Assembly: GCF_013122565.1 (NCBI RefSeq)
Contig: NZ_CP053258.1
Origin: Escherichia coli
GTDB taxonomy: Bacteria > Pseudomonadota > Gammaproteobacteria > Enterobacterales > Enterobacteriaceae
Direction: 5' to 3' (one strand)
DNA: 64,000 bases
Shown: in pieces, positions 21,380 through 32,240 of the stretch
Position numbering within the stretch: position 1 is the stretch's first letter
Layout: each line of letters begins with the position of its first letter
Position numbers and translations under genes: made by a program
Notes under the pieces: model-generated
Databases searched by the model: none
Seen by the model: the letters and a program-made list of their open reading frames with translations, nothing else
What the model was told of the DNA's origin: nothing

Positions 21380-22762
21380 ATGGAGATGTATTTTAAAAGA
21401 ATGAAAGATGAGTGGACCGGACTTGTCGAGCAGGCAGATCCGCCCATTCGTGCTAAAGCCGCGGAAATTGCCGTTGCGCATGCTCATTATCTGAGTATCG
21501 AGTTTTATCGAATTGTCCGCATCGACCCGCATGCCGAAGAATTCTTGAGTAATGAACAAGTTGAGCGGCAGTTGAAAAGTGCGATGGAACGCTGGATTAT
21601 TAACGTGCTTTCCGCCCAGGTTGACGATGTCGAAAGGCTAATACAAATCCAGCATACCGTCGCGGAAGTGCATGCCCGCATAGGAATTCCGGTAGAAATT
21701 GTCGAGATGGGGTTTCGGGTGCTGAAAAAAATCCTCTATCCGGTAATCTTCTCTTCGGATTATTCCGCCGCAGAAAAACTTCAGGTCTACCATTTCTCTA
21801 TTAACAGTATTGATATCGCGATGGAAGTGATGACCCGCGCGTTTACCTTTAGTGACAGTAGTGCCTCAAAGGAAGATGAAAACTATCGTATCTTCTCGTT
21901 ACTGGAAAATGCCGAAGAAGAAAAAGAACGGCAAATAGCCTCAATACTTTCATGGGAAATAGATATTATCTATAAAGTCCTGCTGGATTCTGATTTAGGC
22001 AGTAGTTTGCCTTTAAGCCAGGCTGATTTTGGCCTGTGGTTTAACCATAAAGGTCGACATTATTTTAGCGGCATTGCCGAAGTGGGCCATATCTCCCGTC
22101 TGATTCAGGATTTCGACGGTATTTTCAATCAAACCATGCGTAACACCAGGAATTTGAATAACAGAAGTCTGCGGGTGAAATTTTTATTACAGATAAGAAA
22201 TACTGTATCGCAAATTATTACCTTGCTGCGTGAATTGTTTGAAGAAGTATCGCGCCACGAAGTCGGTATGGATGTACTGACGAAATTACTTAACCGCCGT
22301 TTCCTGCCGACTATCTTCAAACGCGAAATTGCCCATGCCAACCGGACCGGTACACCGCTGTCAGTGCTGATTATTGACGTTGATAAATTTAAAGAGATCA
22401 ACGATACGTGGGGCCATAACACTGGCGATGAAATTCTGCGTAAAGTCTCTCAGGCCTTTTATGACAACGTCCGCAGTAGTGATTATGTTTTCCGCTACGG
22501 GGGCGATGAATTTATCATTGTTTTGACTGAAGCTTCTGAAAACGAAACGTTACGTACCGCAGAACGTATTCGCAGTCGGGTGGAGAAAACCAAACTGAAA
22601 GCCGCAAACGGCGAGGATATTGCCCTCTCACTTTCCATCGGTGCCGCCATGTTTAATGGTCATCCTGACTATGAGCGCCTCATTCAAATAGCCGATGAAG
22701 CTCTGTATATCGCCAAAAGACGAGGTAGAAACCGTGTTGAACTCTGGAAAGCCAGTCTTTAG
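21380..22762 (+). CDS. dosC: Globin-coupled diguanylate cyclase DosC, 460 aa
   Basis: C-terminal GGDEF domain (RYGGDEF); N-terminal sensor domain; precedes dosP. Confidence 0.95.
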   Translation: MEMYFKRMKDEWTGLVEQADPPIRAKAAEIAVAHAHYLSIEFYRIVRIDPHAEEFLSNEQVERQLKSAMERWIINVLSAQVDDVERLIQIQHTVAEVHARIGIPVEIVEMGFRVLKKILYPVIFSSDYSAAEKLQVYHFSINSIDIAMEVMTRAFTFSDSSASKEDENYRIFSLLENAEEEKERQIASILSWEIDIIYKVLLDSDLGSSLPLSQADFGLWFNHKGRHYFSGIAEVGHISRLIQDFDGIFNQTMRNTRNLNNRSLRVKFLLQIRNTVSQIITLLRELFEEVSRHEVGMDVLTKLLNRRFLPTIFKREIAHANRTGTPLSVLIIDVDKFKEINDTWGHNTGDEILRKVSQAFYDNVRSSDYVFRYGGDEFIIVLTEASENETLRTAERIRSRVEKTKLKAANGEDIALSLSIGAAMFNGHPDYERLIQIADEALYIAKRRGRNRVELWKASL

Positions 22763-22786
22763 ATGCGCCAGGATGCAGAGGTAATC

Positions 22787-25186
22787 ATGAAGCTAACCGA
22801 TGCGGATAATGCCGCCGATGGCATTTTTTTCCCCGCCCTTGAGCAAAATATGATGGGTGCGGTGTTAATTAACGAAAATGATGAAGTGATGTTTTTCAAC
22901 CCCGCCGCAGAGAAGCTCTGGGGGTACAAACGTGAAGAAGTCATTGGCAATAACATTGATATGCTGATTCCGCGGGATTTGCGTCCTGCGCATCCTGAAT
23001 ACATTCGTCACAACCGTGAAGGCGGTAAAGCGCGCGTCGAGGGGATGAGTCGGGAGCTGCAGCTGGAGAAAAAAGACGGCAGTAAAATCTGGACCCGTTT
23101 TGCGCTATCGAAAGTGAGCGCCGAGGGGAAAGTTTATTACCTGGCGCTGGTACGGGATGCAAGCGTAGAAATGGCGCAAAAAGAACAGACCCGACAATTG
23201 ATTATTGCCGTTGACCATCTCGACCGACCGGTGATTGTCCTCGATCCGGAACGCCATATTGTGCAGTGCAATCGCGCATTTACCGAAATGTTTGGTTACT
23301 GCATTAGCGAAGCCAGCGGTATGCAGCCCGATACACTCCTGAACATTCCTGAATTCCCTGCCGATAACCGCATTCGTTTACAACAGTTGCTATGGAAAAC
23401 CGCCCGCGATCAGGACGAATTTCTGCTGTTGACGCGCACCGGTGAAAAAATCTGGATTAAAGCCTCTATCAGCCCTGTTTATGACGTGCTCGCGCATCTG
23501 CAGAACCTGGTAATGACCTTCTCGGATATCACCGAAGAACGGCAAATCCGCCAGCTTGAAGGCAATATTCTCGCCGCCATGTGCAGCAGCCCGCCATTTC
23601 ATGAAATGGGGGAAATCATTTGTCGTAACATCGAATCTGTTCTCAACGAATCGCATGTTTCGCTGTTCGCACTGCGCAACGGGATGCCGATACACTGGGC
23701 GTCATCTTCGCACGGTGCAGAAGTTCAAAATGCGCAAAGCTGGTCAGCGACCATTCGTCAGCGTGATGGCGCGCCTGCGGGGATCCTGCAAATTAAAACC
23801 TCGTCAGGAGCAGAAACCAGCGCCTTTATCGAACGCGTGGCAGATATCAGCCAGCATATGGCCGCGCTGGCGCTGGAACAGGAAAAAAGCCGTCAGCATA
23901 TTGAACAACTCATCCAATTTGATCCGATGACCGGTCTGCCAAATCGCAATAACCTGCACAATTACCTCGATGACCTGGTCGACAAAGCCGTCTCTCCGGT
24001 GGTGTATCTCATCGGTGTTGACCATATTCAGGATGTGATTGATAGCCTTGGCTATGCGTGGGCCGATCAGGCATTGCTGGAAGTGGTCAATCGCTTTCGT
24101 GAAAAACTCAAACCGGATCAGTATCTCTGTCGTATCGAAGGTACGCAGTTTGTCCTCGTGAGCCTGGAAAACGACGTCAGTAACATTACCCAAATCGCCG
24201 ATGAGCTACGGAATGTGGTCAGCAAGCCGATAATGATTGACGATAAACCCTTCCCGCTTACCTTGAGTATTGGCATCAGCTACGACGTGGGTAAAAACCG
24301 CGATTACCTGCTCTCCACTGCTCACAATGCAATGGATTATATTCGCAAGAATGGGGGTAACGGCTGGCAGTTCTTCAGCCCGGCGATGAACGAAATGGTA
24401 AAAGAGCGTTTGGTTTTAGGCGCAGCGCTGAAAGAAGCGATTAGCAATAACCAACTGAAACTGGTTTACCAGCCGCAAATCTTCGCAGAAACGGGTGAAC
24501 TGTACGGCATCGAAGCCCTTGCTCGCTGGCACGATCCCCTGCATGGTCATGTGCCCCCTTCACGGTTTATTCCTCTCGCAGAAGAGATTGGTGAAATCGA
24601 AAATATTGGGCGCTGGGTCATCGCGGAAGCTTGCCGTCAGTTAGCAGAATGGCGTAGCCAGAATATTCATATCCCGGCGCTTTCCGTTAACTTGTCGGCA
24701 CTGCACTTTCGCAGTAATCAACTGCCTAATCAGGTGTCTGATGCAATGCAAGCCTGGGGTATTGACGGCCACCAGCTGACGGTAGAAATCACGGAAAGCA
24801 TGATGATGGAACACGATACCGAAATCTTTAAGCGCATTCAGATCCTGCGTGATATGGGCGTCGGCTTATCGGTAGATGATTTTGGCACGGGCTTTTCCGG
24901 ATTATCCCGCTTAGTCAGTCTTCCGGTAACGGAAATCAAAATTGACAAAAGTTTTGTCGATCGTTGTCTTGCGGAAAAACGCATCCTTGCCTTACTTGAA
25001 GCCATTACCAGCATTGGGCAAAGCCTCAATTTAACCGTCGTGGCGGAAGGCGTCGAAACCAAAGAGCAATTTGAGATGCTACGCAAGATCCACTGTCGCG
25101 TTATTCAGGGATATTTCTTTTCCCGTCCCCTGCCCGCCGAAGAAATTCCAGGCTGGATGAGCAGCGTGTTACCGCTGAAAATCTGA
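22787..25186 (+). CDS. dosP: Heme-regulated c-di-GMP phosphodiesterase DosP, 799 aa
   Basis: ATG at 22787 (track ORF starts 8 codons earlier); PAS domains, degenerate GGDEF, EAL domain (EALARW). Confidence 0.95.
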   Translation: MKLTDADNAADGIFFPALEQNMMGAVLINENDEVMFFNPAAEKLWGYKREEVIGNNIDMLIPRDLRPAHPEYIRHNREGGKARVEGMSRELQLEKKDGSKIWTRFALSKVSAEGKVYYLALVRDASVEMAQKEQTRQLIIAVDHLDRPVIVLDPERHIVQCNRAFTEMFGYCISEASGMQPDTLLNIPEFPADNRIRLQQLLWKTARDQDEFLLLTRTGEKIWIKASISPVYDVLAHLQNLVMTFSDITEERQIRQLEGNILAAMCSSPPFHEMGEIICRNIESVLNESHVSLFALRNGMPIHWASSSHGAEVQNAQSWSATIRQRDGAPAGILQIKTSSGAETSAFIERVADISQHMAALALEQEKSRQHIEQLIQFDPMTGLPNRNNLHNYLDDLVDKAVSPVVYLIGVDHIQDVIDSLGYAWADQALLEVVNRFREKLKPDQYLCRIEGTQFVLVSLENDVSNITQIADELRNVVSKPIMIDDKPFPLTLSIGISYDVGKNRDYLLSTAHNAMDYIRKNGGNGWQFFSPAMNEMVKERLVLGAALKEAISNNQLKLVYQPQIFAETGELYGIEALARWHDPLHGHVPPSRFIPLAEEIGEIENIGRWVIAEACRQLAEWRSQNIHIPALSVNLSALHFRSNQLPNQVSDAMQAWGIDGHQLTVEITESMMMEHDTEIFKRIQILRDMGVGLSVDDFGTGFSGLSRLVSLPVTEIKIDKSFVDRCLAEKRILALLEAITSIGQSLNLTVVAEGVETKEQFEMLRKIHCRVIQGYFFSRPLPAEEIPGWMSSVLPLKI

Positions 25187-25199
25187 CAAATTCCTCTCG

Positions 25200-25220
25200 C
25201 CCGCACTCGCGGGTTTTCAT
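25200..25220 (+). terminator. Rho-independent terminator after dosP
   Basis: cccgc / actc / gcggg followed by ttttcattt. Confidence 0.6.
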
Positions 25221-25383
25221 TTAACGTGACACTGTCACTTAAATACTGTGATTTCAGCTACGATTCCGGGAGATTCCTTCCTTAACTTCCCCTCTTGCAC
25301 CAAAACTGCACTACGCTGCACAAATGTTGATCAAAAGTTAAAAAATATAACTTTAAGCCAGCATTCTGGCGCTTATCCCGGCA

Positions 25384-25400
25384 TGGCATGAGATCTGCAT
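25384..25400 (+). promoter_or_regulatory. Candidate sigma-54 (-24/-12) promoter upstream of ddpX
   Basis: TGGCATG-agat-CTGCAT: GG and GC separated by 10 nt, about 45 nt upstream of the ddpX ATG. Confidence 0.6.
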
Positions 25401-25443
25401 AAGCGGAAAGCGCAGCAATTTTTGTCTTATACAGGAACCGTTT

Positions 25444-26025
25444 ATGTCGGATACCACCGAACTGGTTGATTTAGCCGTGATCTTCCCTGATCTGGAGATC
25501 GAATTGAAATACGCCTGCGCTGATAACATCACAGGTAAAGCTATTTACCAGCAAGCGCGTTGTCTGTTACACAAGGATGCGATTACCGCGCTGGCGAAAA
25601 GTATCAGTATCGCCCAGCTATCAGGCTTACAACTGGTGATTTACGATGCGTATCGCCCACAACAAGCACAGGCGATGTTGTGGCAAGCCTGCCCAGACCC
25701 GCAATATGTTGTTGATGTGACGGTCGGTTCTAATCACAGCCGTGGCACGGCGCTCGACCTGACGCTTCGTGATGAGCACGGGAACATCCTGGATATGGGC
25801 GCAGGGTTCGATGAAATGCACGAGCGCTCCCATGCCTATCACCCTTCCGTCCCGCCCGCCGCTCAGCGCAATCGCCTGTTGCTGAATGCGATAATGACTG
25901 GTGGCGGTTTTGTCGGTATCTCCAGCGAATGGTGGCACTTCGAATTACCCCAGGCAGCGAGTTACCCTCTGCTCGCTGATCAATTCACCTGTTTTATATC
26001 CCCTGGCACACAGAACGTCAGTTAA
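25444..26025 (+). CDS. ddpX: D-Ala-D-Ala dipeptidase, 193 aa
   Basis: VanX-like sequence (SNHSRGTALDLT, EWWHFE); first gene of the ddp operon. Confidence 0.95.
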   Translation: MSDTTELVDLAVIFPDLEIELKYACADNITGKAIYQQARCLLHKDAITALAKSISIAQLSGLQLVIYDAYRPQQAQAMLWQACPDPQYVVDVTVGSNHSRGTALDLTLRDEHGNILDMGAGFDEMHERSHAYHPSVPPAAQRNRLLLNAIMTGGGFVGISSEWWHFELPQAASYPLLADQFTCFISPGTQNVS

Positions 26026-26038
26026 TCAGGAAACTGTC

Positions 26039-27589
26039 ATGAAGAGATCGATATCGTTTCGTCCCACATTGCTCGCGCTCGTCCTTGCCACAACTTTCCC
26101 GGTTGCGCACGCCGCCGTACCGAAAGATATGCTGGTGATTGGTAAGGCCGCCGATCCACAAACCCTCGACCCGGCAGTAACAATAGATAATAACGACTGG
26201 ACAGTGACCTACCCGTCTTATCAGCGGCTGGTTCAGTACAAAACGGACGGTGATAAAGGCTCAACCGACGTTGAAGGCGATCTGGCAAGTAGCTGGAAAG
26301 CGTCTGACGATCAAAAAGAGTGGACGTTCACCCTGAAAGATAATGCTAAATTTGCCGATGGCACACCTGTCACTGCCGAAGCAGTAAAACTTTCTTTTGA
26401 GCGGCTACTAAAAATCGGCCAGGGGCCAGCAGAAGCATTTCCCAAAGATTTAAAGATTGATGCTCCCGACGAACATACGGTGAAGTTTACCCTTAGCCAA
26501 CCATTCGCACCGTTCCTCTACACGCTGGCGAATGACGGTGCATCCATTATCAATCCGGCGGTCTTAAAGGAACATGCAGCGGATGATGCCCGCGGCTTCC
26601 TCGCGCAAAATACCGCCGGTTCCGGACCATTTATGCTGAAAAGCTGGCAAAAAGGTCAGCAATTAGTTCTGGTGCCAAATCCGCATTACTCCGGCAATAA
26701 ACCGAACTTTAAGCGAGTATCGGTAAAAATTATCGGTGAAAGTGCCTCCCGTCGCCTGCAGCTCTCCCGTGGCGACATTGACATTGCCGATGCGCTGCCG
26801 GTGGATCAACTCAACGCCCTGAAGCAGGAAAATAAAGTCAATGTGGCAGAGTATCCGTCACTGCGCGTCACCTATCTGTATCTGAATAACAGCAAAGCGC
26901 CACTTAATCAGGCGGATCTGCGGCGGGCCATTTCCTGGTCTACCGATTATCAGGGCATGGTTAACGGCATTCTGAGTGGTAACGGAAAACAAATGCGCGG
27001 CCCGATTCCGGAAGGCATGTGGGGCTACGATGCGACGGCAATGCAATACAACCATGACGAAACGAAAGCCAAAGCCGAATGGGATAAAGTGACGAGCAAA
27101 CCCACCAGCCTGACGTTTCTCTACTCCGATAACGACCCGAACTGGGAACCGATCGCTCTGGCGACACAATCCAGTCTCAACAAGCTGGGCATCAATGTGA
27201 AGCTGGAAAAACTGGCGAACGCCACCATGCGCGACAGAGTGGGTAAAGGTGATTACGACATTGCGATTGGCAACTGGAGTCCGGATTTTGCCGACCCGTA
27301 TATGTTTATGAATTACTGGTTTGAGTCAGACAAAAAAGGTCTGCCGGGTAACCGCTCGTTCTATGAAAACAGTGAGGTCGATAAGTTACTGCGCAATGCG
27401 CTTGCGACCACCGACCAGACGCAGCGTACCCGAGACTACCAGCAGGCACAGAAAATCGTCATTGATGACGCTGCTTATGTGTACCTGTTCCAGAAAAACT
27501 ACCAACTGGCGATGAACAAAGAGGTGAAAGGCTTTGTGTTCAATCCCATGCTGGAACAGGTCTTCAATATCAATACCATGAGTAAATAA
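26039..27589 (+). CDS. ddpA: Periplasmic D,D-dipeptide-binding protein, 516 aa
   Basis: ATG at 26039 (track ORF begins upstream inside ddpX on an alternative start); signal peptide; SBP family 5. Confidence 0.93.
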   Translation: MKRSISFRPTLLALVLATTFPVAHAAVPKDMLVIGKAADPQTLDPAVTIDNNDWTVTYPSYQRLVQYKTDGDKGSTDVEGDLASSWKASDDQKEWTFTLKDNAKFADGTPVTAEAVKLSFERLLKIGQGPAEAFPKDLKIDAPDEHTVKFTLSQPFAPFLYTLANDGASIINPAVLKEHAADDARGFLAQNTAGSGPFMLKSWQKGQQLVLVPNPHYSGNKPNFKRVSVKIIGESASRRLQLSRGDIDIADALPVDQLNALKQENKVNVAEYPSLRVTYLYLNNSKAPLNQADLRRAISWSTDYQGMVNGILSGNGKQMRGPIPEGMWGYDATAMQYNHDETKAKAEWDKVTSKPTSLTFLYSDNDPNWEPIALATQSSLNKLGINVKLEKLANATMRDRVGKGDYDIAIGNWSPDFADPYMFMNYWFESDKKGLPGNRSFYENSEVDKLLRNALATTDQTQRTRDYQQAQKIVIDDAAYVYLFQKNYQLAMNKEVKGFVFNPMLEQVFNINTMSK

Positions 27590-27590
27590 C

Positions 27591-28613
27591 GTGACCTTCT
27601 GGAGTATTTTACGCCAACGCTGCTGGGGGCTGGTGCTCGTTGTGGCGGGCGTCTGCGTGATTACGTTTATTATCTCACATCTGATCCCTGGTGATCCGGC
27701 TCGGTTACTGGCGGGTGACCGCGCCAGCGATGCTATCGTGGAAAATATTCGCCAGCAACTGGGACTGGACCAGCCACTGTATGTACAGTTTTACCGCTAC
27801 GTCAGCGACCTGTTTCATGGTGACCTGGGAACATCCATTCGTACTGGGCGTCCGGTGCTGGAAGAGTTGCGTATATTTTTCCCGGCGACGCTGGAGCTGG
27901 CTTTTTGTGCCCTGCTGCTGGCACTCTTGATTGGCATCCCGCTGGGCATACTCTCTGCAGTCTGGCGAAATCGCTGGCTGGATCATCTGGTGCGAATAAT
28001 GGCGATTACCGGAATCTCCACACCTGCGTTCTGGCTTGGGCTGGGCGTCATCGTGCTGTTTTATGGTCATCTGCAAATACTTCCCGGCGGCGGAAGGCTT
28101 GATGACTGGCTGGATCCACCAACGCACGTTACCGGCTTTTATCTGCTCGATGCGTTGCTTGAAGGCAACGGTGAAGTCTTCTTCAATGCGTTGCAACATC
28201 TCATCTTACCGGCATTAACGCTGGCGTTTGTTCACCTGGGAATTGTCGCCCGCCAGATCCGTTCAGCGATGCTGGAACAATTGAGTGAAGACTACATTCG
28301 TACCGCCCGGGCCAGCGGCTTGCCCGGCTGGTATATCGTTCTATGTTATGCGCTACCCAATGCGTTGATCCCCTCGATTACCGTATTGGGTCTGGCACTG
28401 GGCGATTTGTTGTATGGCGCAGTGCTCACCGAAACCGTTTTTGCCTGGCCCGGAATGGGGGCATGGGTAGTGACATCAATACAGGCGCTCGACTTCCCTG
28501 CGGTGATGGGATTTGCCGTCGTGGTTTCATTTGCTTATGTGCTGGTGAACCTGGTAGTGGATTTGCTCTATTTGTGGATTGATCCGCGTATCGGACGTGG
28601 AGGTGATGAATGA
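27591..28613 (+). CDS. ddpB: D,D-dipeptide ABC permease, 340 aa
   Basis: DppB-like integral membrane protein. Confidence 0.93.
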   Translation: MTFWSILRQRCWGLVLVVAGVCVITFIISHLIPGDPARLLAGDRASDAIVENIRQQLGLDQPLYVQFYRYVSDLFHGDLGTSIRTGRPVLEELRIFFPATLELAFCALLLALLIGIPLGILSAVWRNRWLDHLVRIMAITGISTPAFWLGLGVIVLFYGHLQILPGGGRLDDWLDPPTHVTGFYLLDALLEGNGEVFFNALQHLILPALTLAFVHLGIVARQIRSAMLEQLSEDYIRTARASGLPGWYIVLCYALPNALIPSITVLGLALGDLLYGAVLTETVFAWPGMGAWVVTSIQALDFPAVMGFAVVVSFAYVLVNLVVDLLYLWIDPRIGRGGDE

Positions 28614-29506
28614 TGCTAAGCGAGGAAACGTCCGCCGTACGCCCAGCAAAACAAACGCGATTTAACGGTGCAAAACTGGTATGGATGCTGAAAGGCAGTC
28701 CGCTCACCGTGACCGGCGCAGTCATCATTGTATTAATGCTATTGATGATGATTTTTTCACCGTGGCTGGCGACGCATGATCCCAACGCCATTGATTTAAC
28801 CGCCCGCCTTTTACCGCCTTCTGCGGCGCACTGGTTTGGCACCGATGAAGTGGGACGCGATCTGTTCAGCCGCGTACTGGTCGGCAGTCAGCAATCAATT
28901 CTCGCCGGATTAGTGGTGGTCGCCATTGCGGGTATGATTGGTTCGCTACTCGGATGTCTATCCGGTTTGCTTGGCGGACGCGCAGACGCCATCATCATGC
29001 GCATCATGGACATTATGCTGTCGATTCCTTCGTTGGTACTGACAATGGCACTGGCTGCCGCTCTCGGGCCGAGTTTATTTAACGCCATGCTGGCGATTGC
29101 AATTGTGCGAATTCCCTTTTATGTGCGCCTGGCGCGGGGGCAAGCATTAGTTGTACGCCAGTATACCTATGTTCAGGCGGCGAAAACCTTTGGTGCGTCG
29201 CGTTGGCATCTGATCAGCTGGCATATTTTACGTAACTCCCTGCCGCCGCTGATCGTGCAGGCATCGCTGGATATCGGTAGCGCGATTTTAATGGCCGCCA
29301 CGTTGGGATTTATTGGCCTGGGTGCTCAACAACCGAGTGCTGAATGGGGCGCGATGGTAGCGAATGGTCGCAACTATGTACTCGATCAGTGGTGGTATTG
29401 CGCATTTCCGGGGGCAGCGATTTTGCTTACCGCCGTCGGGTTTAATCTCTTTGGTGATGGTATTCGCGATCTGCTTGACCCGAAAGCAGGAGAAAAGCAG
29501 TCATGA
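28610..29506 (+). CDS. ddpC: D,D-dipeptide ABC permease, 298 aa
   Basis: DppC-like; 4-nt overlap with ddpB. Confidence 0.93.
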   Translation: MMLSEETSAVRPAKQTRFNGAKLVWMLKGSPLTVTGAVIIVLMLLMMIFSPWLATHDPNAIDLTARLLPPSAAHWFGTDEVGRDLFSRVLVGSQQSILAGLVVVAIAGMIGSLLGCLSGLLGGRADAIIMRIMDIMLSIPSLVLTMALAAALGPSLFNAMLAIAIVRIPFYVRLARGQALVVRQYTYVQAAKTFGASRWHLISWHILRNSLPPLIVQASLDIGSAILMAATLGFIGLGAQQPSAEWGAMVANGRNYVLDQWWYCAFPGAAILLTAVGFNLFGDGIRDLLDPKAGEKQS

Positions 29507-30489
29507 CCCAACCCGTTCTGGACATCCAACAACTGCATTTGAGTTTCCCCGGTTTTAACGGTGATGTTCACGCGCTCAACAATGTGTCCTTGCAGATTAA
29601 CCGCGGTGAAATTGTCGGTCTGGTGGGAGAATCCGGCTCAGGTAAATCAGTCACCGCAATGCTGATTATGCGTCTGCTACCGACGGGCAGTTATTGCGTA
29701 CATCGGGGGCAGATTTCCCTGCTGGGAGAAGATGTTCTTAACGCGCGGGAAAAACAGCTTCGTCAGTGGCGCGGCGCACGAGTGGCGATGATCTTTCAGG
29801 AACCGATGACCGCCCTCAATCCAACACGTCGAATAGGTCTTCAGATGATGGACGTGATCCGCCATCATCAACCAATAAGTCGTCGGGAAGCCAAAGCTAA
29901 AGCGATTGCCTTGCTGGAAGAGATGCAAATCCCGGATGCCGTGGAAGTTATGTCGCGCTATCCGTTTGAGCTTTCAGGTGGTATGCGCCAGCGGGTAATG
30001 ATTGCATTGGCATTCTCCTGCGAGCCGCAATTGATTATTGCCGACGAACCGACGACGGCGCTGGACGTCACAGTACAGTTGCAGGTACTGCGTTTGCTTA
30101 AACATAAAGCCCGCGCCAGTGGAACTGCGGTACTGTTCATCAGCCATGATATGGCCGTGGTGTCGCAACTGTGCGATAGCGTTTACGTGATGTATGCCGG
30201 AAGCGTAATTGAAAGCGGCGGGACGGCAGACGTTATCCATCATCCCCGGCATCCGTATACCATTGGTTTGCTGCAATGCGCACCAGAACATGGAGTACCA
30301 CGCCAGCCATTACCCGCCATTCCAGGGACGGTACCAAACCTCACCCATTTGCCTGACGGCTGCGCTTTTCGCGATCGTTGCTATGCGGCAGGTGCACAGT
30401 GTGAAAACGTCCCGGCGCTGACAGCGTGTGGTGACAACAACCAGCGCTGCGCCTGTTGGTATCCGCAGCAGGAGGTCATAAGTGTCTGA
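29503..30489 (+). CDS. ddpD: D,D-dipeptide ABC ATPase, 328 aa
   Basis: Walker A GESGSGKS, signature LSGGMRQR. Confidence 0.93.
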   Translation: MTQPVLDIQQLHLSFPGFNGDVHALNNVSLQINRGEIVGLVGESGSGKSVTAMLIMRLLPTGSYCVHRGQISLLGEDVLNAREKQLRQWRGARVAMIFQEPMTALNPTRRIGLQMMDVIRHHQPISRREAKAKAIALLEEMQIPDAVEVMSRYPFELSGGMRQRVMIALAFSCEPQLIIADEPTTALDVTVQLQVLRLLKHKARASGTAVLFISHDMAVVSQLCDSVYVMYAGSVIESGGTADVIHHPRHPYTIGLLQCAPEHGVPRQPLPAIPGTVPNLTHLPDGCAFRDRCYAAGAQCENVPALTACGDNNQRCACWYPQQEVISV

Positions 30490-31408
30490 CACGTTATTAA
30501 CGTTACGCGACGTCCATATCAATTTTCCGGCCCGTAAAAACTGGCTTGGTAAAACTACGGAATATGTTCATGCCATTAATGGTATTGATTTACAGATCCG
30601 CCGTGGTGAAACCTTAGGGATCGTCGGTGAGTCAGGCTGCGGCAAAAGCACCCTCGCACAGCTTTTAATGGGCATGCTGCAACCGAGCCACGGGCAGTAC
30701 ATCCGTTCAGGCTCGCAACGCATTATGCAGATGGTGTTTCAGGACCCGCTCTCTTCGCTTAATCCGCGCTTACCGGTGTGGCGCATCATCACTGAACCGC
30801 TCTGGATAGCTAAGCGTAGTAGTGAACAACAGCGGCGAGCGTTGGCAGAGGAGCTGGCTGTGCAGGTGGGTATTCGTCCGGAGTATCTCGACCGCCTGCC
30901 TCATGCGTTCTCCGGCGGGCAGCGGCAACGCATCGCCATTGCCAGAGCACTCTCTTCGCAGCCTGACGTGATTGTGCTTGATGAACCGACCTCGGCGCTG
31001 GATATCTCCGTGCAGGCGCAGATCCTCAATTTACTGGTAACGCTACAGGAAAATCACGGGCTGACTTATGTGCTGATTTCACACAATGTCTCGGTGATAC
31101 GTCATATGAGCGATCGGGTGGCGGTGATGTATCTCGGGCAGATTGTGGAACTAGGGGAAACGCAACAGGTGCTGACTGCTCCGGCACATCCATACACCCG
31201 ATTATTGCTGGATTCCCTCCCCGCCATTGATAAACCACTGGAGGAAGAATGGGCATTACGTAAAACGGATCTACCGGGAAACCGCACGTTGCCGCAAGGC
31301 TGTTTTTTCTACGAACGTTGCCCTCTGGCAACCCACGGATGTGAAGTCCGGCAATCATTAGCAATAAGGGAGGACGGACGTGAGCTCCGGTGCTGGCGGG
31401 CGCTGTAG
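30482..31408 (+). CDS. ddpF: D,D-dipeptide ABC ATPase, 308 aa
   Basis: Walker A GESGCGKST, signature FSGGQRQR. Confidence 0.93.
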   Translation: MSDTLLTLRDVHINFPARKNWLGKTTEYVHAINGIDLQIRRGETLGIVGESGCGKSTLAQLLMGMLQPSHGQYIRSGSQRIMQMVFQDPLSSLNPRLPVWRIITEPLWIAKRSSEQQRRALAEELAVQVGIRPEYLDRLPHAFSGGQRQRIAIARALSSQPDVIVLDEPTSALDISVQAQILNLLVTLQENHGLTYVLISHNVSVIRHMSDRVAVMYLGQIVELGETQQVLTAPAHPYTRLLLDSLPAIDKPLEEEWALRKTDLPGNRTLPQGCFFYERCPLATHGCEVRQSLAIREDGRELRCWRAL

Positions 31409-31463
31409 AGATGCTAACAACGCATTAGGCATTCACGCGCCTGACGCGTCATCCGACAATGCT

Positions 31464-31895
31464 TTACGATTTCAACTGGTAATCCAGCGTAATTTCCGCT
31501 TTCAGTACCTGAGAGACCGGGCATCCTGCTTTTGCTTTCTGGATGATGCCGTCAAAGGTAGAGGCATCAATACCCGGCACCGCAATTTCACTCTTCAGTG
31601 CGATTTTCGTAATCGCAAAACCGGCATCCACTTTATCCAGCGACACATCGGCGGTGGTATCAATCGATGTTGGCGTGAATCCTGCTTCTCCCAGCATTAA
31701 TGAAAGCGCCATTGAGAAACATGCGGCATGTGCTGCGCCAATCAGTTCTTCAGGGTTGGTTCCTTTTTCGCCTTCAAAACGCGTGTTAAATCCATACGGC
31801 TGTTGGTTCAGCACGCCACTCTCGGTGGATACTGTTCCCTTCCCGCGTTTGATATCGCCTTCCCAGTGTGCCTGACCTTTCTTATGGATTGTCAT
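31464..31895 (-). CDS. osmC: Osmotically inducible peroxiredoxin OsmC, 143 aa
   Basis: Full-length match to OsmC (MTIHKKGQAHWEGDIKRGKGTVSTESG...). Confidence 0.96.
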   Translation of the reverse strand: MTIHKKGQAHWEGDIKRGKGTVSTESGVLNQQPYGFNTRFEGEKGTNPEELIGAAHAACFSMALSLMLGEAGFTPTSIDTTADVSLDKVDAGFAITKIALKSEIAVPGIDASTFDGIIQKAKAGCPVSQVLKAEITLDYQLKS

Positions 31896-32240
31896 TATTG
31901 CTCTCCTGTGGGCTTAAAAAGGAAATTATAGACTACGTGAGAAACAGCACGAGGATAAGCAGGATATTCCGAATAAAATCCGGCAGAAAATATTACTTCT
32001 GCACTTAAATTAAATTTCCACAATAGATAACCGGGAATATATATCTCAAGAGATATTGCATCAATATCAATCAACTCACCACAATAATAATACCTATCAA
32101 TATCATGGGGTTAAAATATAAAAATCATCAACCAGGACTAATCTTAACAACGAAGCGGCAAATATTTGCCATGCTGAATGTGCTTTATAAATCTGCGATC
32201 CGTAGCAGACACCATAAATACACAGACACGGAGAATCACT

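Noticed and set aside
27705-28199. 164-aa minus-strand ORF
   Set aside because: Antisense within ddpB.
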